Positions 56,546 through 64,000 of a DNA stretch of 64,000 nt are shown here, piece after piece; the stretch's first letter is position 1, and the number at the start of each line of letters is the position of its first letter. The stretch lies in assembly GCF_009914755.1 (NCBI RefSeq), contig NC_060927.1; one strand, given 5' to 3'. The stretch comes from the human T2T-CHM13v2.0 reference genome, Homo sapiens. The notes beneath the pieces were generated by a model, which worked only from the letters and a program-made list of their open reading frames with translations, did no database searches and had not been told where the DNA came from. A program made the translations under genes and the position numbers.

Positions 56546-57127
56546 TCATTGTCTCACTATAATGAATTGTGGGAATTTAAATTCTGAACCTCATTATTCA
56601 CTAAATCAATGAGCATCCAGGTCACTGGCTATATCAGAAAATACGGTGAAGATTCAACATTTTAAGATGGTCAAAGAACACCCCTACCATATTAAACAAG
56701 GGCTGTTTAGCAACTCTGAGTTCCACCACTGCAATAAAAATGCAAGACCATTGAAAAAAGGATTGAGAAGGTCAAATACCTCCCCCACAGAAGCTTGGAG
56801 CAAGGACCCAGGAAAAATTAAGCTGTCCAGAGGTATGTGACTCTGCATGGATAATAGTCTATGCAGCAATAGTCTCTGGCAGCAATGTCTGAAGGAATTT
56901 ATCAACACTATGTTCTACCATTACTTTATTTACCTAAATTAAGGGGCAAAGTCTGCATATGTTTTTTATGACGTAAGTTCATCTGGATACGTACATCAAT
57001 AAATCTCAGGAAAAAAAAAACTCACTGCAAAAGTCCTTGTCATTGTTATCGTTTAAGCACTTGCCTATAATTAATTATGCATTTACAACTCCAATACCAA
57101 AAATAAATTCCAAACATTGCTACTATA

Positions 57128-57212
57128 TTTTCAGCATATAGTAGGAAATTTCATCAAATAGTAGCAGTGAATTTCAACGTATAGTAGCAATGAATTTCAG
57201 CGTATAGTAGCA
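57128..57212 (+). repeat. Degenerate ~20-23 bp tandem repeat x4
   Basis: Unit (AA)TTTCA(G/A)CGTATAGTAGCA(A/G)TG. Confidence 0.85.
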
Positions 57213-57321
57213 CGGATGGCTGAATGTCAGCCAGCAGTGAACAGAAAGGGAATATAAAGTAGAGATGTGACTGCTGATTGTTTGTTTTTTCCCTATGGAA
57301 TTTCAGCATCTTGACACACAT

Positions 57322-58108
<787 letters not shown>

Positions 58109-59784
58109 CGTACACATGCAAACTATTTATTTGCCACGATAATGCACAAGCAAGCAGTGCATTTCAGTTTACAAACTGATTTTGATCTAGGGTATTATTG
58201 AAGCACTGTAAGAAAGAAATAATACCACTGTGTTCAGGAAAGTGAGTCTAATACTCAGAGAAATTAAGACATTACTAAAGTTGTAGTTATTAAGAGGTCT
58301 AAAACTTGAACCCCAGGTATTTATGTCCAAGTCTAAAGCTCTTCCAACTGCATCTCACTGACAGCGGTGCTCTAAGAAACACCTCAACAAAGTTATGTTC
58401 TGAAAAAATATGCAGATATTTAACAACACTTACTGATTTATCAAGACTTCCTGAGGGAAAGCAAAATAGATTTGGAAATATCCTGAGAGCAAACTCATTT
58501 GTTGATCTAACATCATGGCTAAAATAAAAAATAGATGGCATTTTGTTCTTGCTATAATAATACTAAAGCTGAGTTTAACATCCAAGATTATCAATGAGAT
58601 CATAATTATTTTGTTACAGTAATATTAGTAAATATGTTCTATTATTACAGCATGCACACATTTTTGTAGCCACATGGAGATTTTAGGCAGAAAAAATCAT
58701 TGCCCTCAAATTTTACTATAAGTAGAGCTAAGATGTAATTGTGTATGTTTTATTTAAAAGTGTTTAGATAGTATATTCCTTCCTTATGCATTATCTTCCT
58801 TACTGTTACTTGAATAATGAAAAACACAAAGAGTTTTAAAAAGTGTGATTGTCCTTTTTCTATCTCATCCTCCCTGTCTACTGAATCCTCAAAGTAGAAT
58901 TAGTTAAAACATGATTTTCTTAAGAATTTCCAATCTTGATAATAAATGACCATAGAACTGTTGAAGCATGGTGTGCTAGTTTTTATTGTGCTCTATATGC
59001 AGTATCAGAACTGTTTGAATAATTATGAGATTATCTGACAGATTGTGAAGAGGACTAGAAGACAGAAACAGAAAAAAAAGTAGGCTACATTTACTTTACA
59101 GATCAGCATCTGTAAGTAAATTCACTGTCACATCTCTTCTTTCTGGCTTAAATTTTTAGACACTGGAATAATGGAAAGTAAAACCAAAATCTTCATTTCG
59201 TTAATTTGAACAGTATCCATGCTGAGAAAAGTACTAACAATGAACTCTTTATAAACAAATGCAAACACACACATACATAATTAGGTACACAGAAACCTTG
59301 AGCTGCTTTCAAGCATACTCCAAGATTTTAATATTCAGTCTAATGAAGTATTCTGATTACTTGAGACTAACTGCATATGCCAGAGCTAGGTTGTCTGTTT
59401 TTCAAATCAGAATATGTTTTCTTAAGAATTTGAATTACTTTGCATGGTTTTTGTCCATTAGAACCTACTGTAAGAATTCTTGGTGCCATAGGGTCAATAT
59501 CCAAAGCATTGGTCATTGTTTTGTAAACGTGCAAAATCAGTTTCAAGGAATCAGTTTCAAGGAATCTTTTATATATAAAAGATTGTTTATGGCATGATTT
59601 AGGGTATCTAGTTATAATAACTGATAACTCCAGTTACTTCAAGGATCATTGTGAAAATCTAAAATAATAAGGCAAATTATATTTACTTTACTTTAATGTT
59701 ACCTGTGAAGTCACAGCATGGTCTTTCCAGAAGTTCTGAGGAGGTAGGGAACTTTTGGCAGAGAGATTGACAATTCAAACAGAT

Positions 59785-59890
59785 AGTGACTTCTTGAGAG
59801 CATATCTCTTGTCTTATTTATCTCTTTATTTCCCCCATATCGCTTAGCATGGAGCCTCACACAAAGTAAATGGCCAATAAGTGCTAAGCT
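59785..59890 (+). mobile_element. L2 3'-terminal fragment
   Basis: CTTCTTGAGAGCA...TGTCTTATTTATCTCT...CTTAGCATGGAGCCTCACACAAAGTAAATG. Confidence 0.6.
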
Positions 59891-61550
59891 GACAGTGTTA
59901 GACTTTTAAAGATCCATGAATTTTTCATCTAAATATGAGTTGTTGAAGTGTTGGGTAAGTCTAGTATTAGCAGGCACTTGGTTATTAAAGAATAAAAGCC
60001 CTTTTAGACTTTATACAAAATTCGTTGCCTACTTTATTGAAATCCTTCATGTCCTCCAATAGATTCCTTTCCATATACTGGAATCCTCACAGCCACAGGG
60101 CTTTCATGATATGTCAAAATACTAGTAGATTTGGAACTTCATCATGGTGATTACAAAAAAGTATTTAGTGTTGTTCTTCGATCCCTCCAATAACGAGAGC
60201 AAAACTGAACTTCTGGGCATCATTGCCAAGATACAAACAAGGAGAATGCAGAATTTAAATTTGCAATCCTATAAAAAAGAATTCTCCCTGACCAAAGCAA
60301 GTGCCCCTGCTGTTCACCTTTAGCAATAACTTCTTATTGCTCCACTTCAAAGTCTTCAGAGGCAGTGAAATTGAGGATCTTCAGGTACTTCCCTAACATA
60401 GGGGTTTCTAGGAGCTAAATAAGATAGAAGCTCCACAATACATTCCTGCACAGTAGGGAGAAAAAGTGATTTAATTTCTCCAGAGGACTACAATATGTAC
60501 TTATAGCTAGATAAGAGAAATCTGGATGATCATTCACGAGAACTATGGGCAAATCTTATGTTCTCAGACACCTCTTATAAGAGCACCAAATGTCACTTAA
60601 ATCAGTGATTCCATAGGAAATAATCCTCCATTTATTTCCTTCCTAGGATTTTGAAGCATAGCACCAAGGGGGAAAAAAAGGAATCAACTTCTAGGCTGAG
60701 TTAGGAGAATTGGAAAAAAAAATGGTGTGATTATTTTTATTTATAAATTTCTCTCCTTCATGAACATAACATTAAAAATTTTAACGTATTTTTAACCACA
60801 CTTATTTTAATTAGTAAATGAACTGACAGATGCTGATATTCTTAGTCCTCAGCTTAAAGGTATTATTTGAAAGATCAGTGGGAGAAGCCTTAGCTCAATG
60901 ATGTCCTGGATGATTACTGACACTCAGGCATGCCAGCTGTGCTAACCGACCTTTTCTTTTGCTGAAACAATTTATTCCCCTCATGCTACCACCTCCTGCA
61001 GTTCAAGGGAATGTATATTTCATTTCAAAGGATGAAAAAGAGGAAAACGACGTACAGATAGATACAGATACTTTCAAATGATCATTTCTTTGGGACAATA
61101 ATAAATCTATTACCTAGAAAATGTCAAGTTTATTAACATATTCACATAGGAATCATAATAGGGAAGTAAATAATGTAAGGTGAAATGTTACCATGTGAAA
61201 ACTGTTTTAACATTTGGCTTAGAAGACAGACTGAAGTTGGAAAATACAATAAAATATGCACAAGCACTAAGTAAACAGCAGAAGATAATAGCAACCCATT
61301 GGTAATACCTTGTCATATTTATTGATAAATCAATTTAGAGTTTGATCACTATAATATCTACGTGACATTGTCAGGGCAGATAATATACGGTCTTTCTTAC
61401 CTTTGATGGAATTCACAAGGCATAAAGTGGAAGAAAGATATTCCTTCCGAATCAGAAATATTCTCTATGAGGTAATCTTACTACTTTTCACTCATTGATG
61501 ATTGATCACTTGTTTTTCTTCTTTTGCTTACAAAATACAATTTAAGAGGA

Positions 61551-61573
61551 TACACACACACACACACACACAC
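61551..61573 (+). repeat. (CA)n microsatellite
   Basis: About 11 units. Confidence 0.9.
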
Positions 61574-61944
61574 GAAAAAAAAAGCTAGCACTCTGCAAGC
61601 ACAGTAATCCTGACTTGTTCCTGCCTGATATGAAAGAGTTCACATTGCAGTTAAGGATAATGTCATGTTACGAGGGTAAAAGCCACACTCATATGGATTT
61701 TATAAATCACGTATGGAGGACGACTCATAAGGCAGTCCAGTGGATGTCACCAACAATTTATGGTGAGAAAGAATGGAAGGTGAGAGGAAACGGATCAAGA
61801 CTGATCTCATTTACCCTGTGGTTGTTGAAGATGAAATTCTATATATGTGAAGATGGGTATTTGACTTGATAAAATAGATATAAGGAAAAGTAATAAGTAC
61901 TACATGTGATTTTAATATCATACACAACATATAGCTCTGAGAGG

Positions 61945-62180
61945 CGGAAGAGGATGGTGGTTTAGGACAGGAGCTATGGAGCAACATTGCTAAGGAAACT
62001 TATTTCAGCCATTTCTAAGGCGTGTGACTCTTGGCAAGTTACTTTACTACCTTTTATTTGCTTTATCATCTGCCAAAGCCTCAGAGGATATTTTTTAAAA
62101 ACTTAATTCATATAAAGCACTTAGTAGTTCCTGGCACATAGAAAACACACAATAAGCGTGAGTTTCTACTATTATTTTCA
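61945..62180 (+). mobile_element. MIR
   Basis: TGTGACTCTTGGCAAGTTACTTTAC...ATATAAAGCACTTAGTAGTTCCTGGCACATAG. Confidence 0.8.
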
Positions 62181-62944
62181 AAAGTATGAAGTTAATAACG
62201 TTCAAATATTTTCCAGAAAAAAATTGTGAAAGTAAGAGGATCTTATTTAAAATTGGTAATACACAAACCTCTGAATCTGTTATGACACAAACAGATTTTC
62301 TCCTTGATAAGATCAATGATTAATCTCCAATTACCTTCAATTGACTTACTAACAAGAAACAGTAAGAGGTAAGCTTCAGATACACAGAGATTTATGACTT
62401 AACACTTGCTGCTGTCAGGAATTACTCACAATCCTTTAGAAATCTAAAGATTCATGTGATATTAAAAGTGTAGAGCTGTATATCCCCAATGTAATTATTG
62501 ATTTTATTCCCCTATTTATATTGCCTACTCTCCAACGTTCTTAAGATCTAATGAGATGGGAACAATAAGATTCTTATTGCTGTAAGTGGCCCACATTGTT
62601 TGGTTTTTATCTTCTTCCTTAGACTTAGAGATAATAAAACATGGACACATCCTCTCTCTCTTCCTAGGACTATGGAAATGAATGAAATAATTTGAAGTAT
62701 GTAGTTCATTTGTTTTCAGCATCAATGATCCTTTTTCAAGAGTGCTGTACTTATCTATGTCAGTATTTCTGCTCCCTTTCCACAGTTCCCACCAGGAACC
62801 ATGCCAAATCTAACCAGACTCCAAGCTACCTTCCTGTGAGCCTTTTATCTCTGCATGTGCAATCTTCTCTATTATAATTTTTGAATATCTAGGCTCAAAG
62901 TAGGAGAGGCCCTGAGCGATTTAAATTTTGATAATTATGAACAA

Positions 62945-63395
62945 TAGTGTCAATTTCCTGGGGCTGCCATAACAAAGTACCATAAACAGGATAGCTTAAA
63001 ACAACAAAAATTTATTCTCTCATAGTTCTGAGAACTAGAAGTCTGGGGGCTGGTGTCAGCAGGGCCATGCTCCCTCTAAGATTCTGGATAAAATCTTTCC
63101 TTGCTTCTTCCTAGCTTCTGGGGGTGCCCATAGATCCTTGGCATTCCTTGGGTTGCAGCTACATCACTCCAATCTCTGCCAGTAATTACATGGTGTTCTC
63201 CCTATCTGTGTTATCACATGCCACTTCCTCTTCTTATAGAGACTCCAGTCTTACTGTATTAGGGCCCACACTAATGACCTCACCTTAACTTGATTGTATG
63301 TGCAAAGACCTTATTTCCAAATAAGGCACATTCACAGGTGCTATGTATTAGGATTTAAACATATCTTTAGGGATGATATAATTCAATTCATAACA
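62945..63395 (-). mobile_element. MLT1C-like MaLR solo LTR
   Basis: GGCTGCCATAACAAAGTACC...AATTTATTCTCTCATAGTTCTG...GCAAAGACCTTATTTCCAAATAAGG...AATTCAATTCATAACA. Confidence 0.9.
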
Positions 63396-64000
63396 AGGAA
63401 TTTATAAAGTATGACATTAGCAAATATATTCTTTTTTTATGTTTATTCCCCAAACTGCTCAGAATAATGCTTTAAACGTAGAATATTAAAATGCATACTG
63501 ATTTGAATTTAATTTACTTTTATCCCCATGGTAACATAAGGTACACTATAGTTCCCTGATAACACTAAAGAATAAAGTTCTAAGTTAGAAAAATATTTGT
63601 ACCTTGTGATGACTATAATTATTTAGTGGAATGAAAGAGATTTTTCTGGAAATCATGGTTAGTTTCTTGTTGAATTGTGTATAAATAGTTAGAGTCAGGA
63701 AGTTTTAGACTGCATTTCTTTGGGTTTTTCTTTAGCTTCCCAATCACTTTTTCACCTTTAGAGGTTCTATTGATTTTCCTCACTGTGTCAGTCTTTGGAA
63801 ACAAGAGTTTGCTAGTTACTTGTAAAAGTCACCTAAGTAGCCATCTGGGAAGCAGAAAACATGGGTTTTGATTCCATATTGACCAACTATCTAGATGTCT
63901 GACTTTGGAGAACTGTCTTTATGAGGATTGTCATGCATTTCCTAACCCTCTCTTTCCCACGTTTGTTTGATGAGGGATTTAGAAATCTAAAATATAAAAT

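Noticed and set aside
59535-59566. 14-bp tandem duplication AATCAGTTTCAAGG
   Set aside because: An ordinary slippage duplication with no further structure.

Overview
This window is AT-rich, CpG-depleted primate (probably human) genomic DNA made mostly of interspersed repeats; I see no cellular protein-coding gene. The centrepiece is a two-LTR HERV-H provirus (25305-31055, minus strand, about 5.75 kb). It has an exact ATCCT target-site duplication, a tRNA-His PBS and decayed gag/pro/pol/env. Other elements are several old L1s, including an ~8 kb composite L1PA15/16 + L1MA insertion inside an older L1, nine Alus, MaLR and ERV solo LTRs, a MER82 and a transposase-bearing Charlie3/MER1 hAT fossil. 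A 3'-truncated, tailless 7SK retrocopy is also present. The most interesting observations are an apparent functional asymmetry between the HERV-H LTRs, the chimeric L1, the tailless 7SK copy and an 81-bp local duplication. In the 5' LTR the TATA box is intact and the poly(A) signal sits in a perfect hairpin; in the 3' LTR that hairpin is broken and the TATA has become AATAAA. I found no convincing new multi-gene system. Subfamily names come from recalled consensus sequences and need RepeatMasker/Dfam confirmation; boundaries of old elements are approximate.
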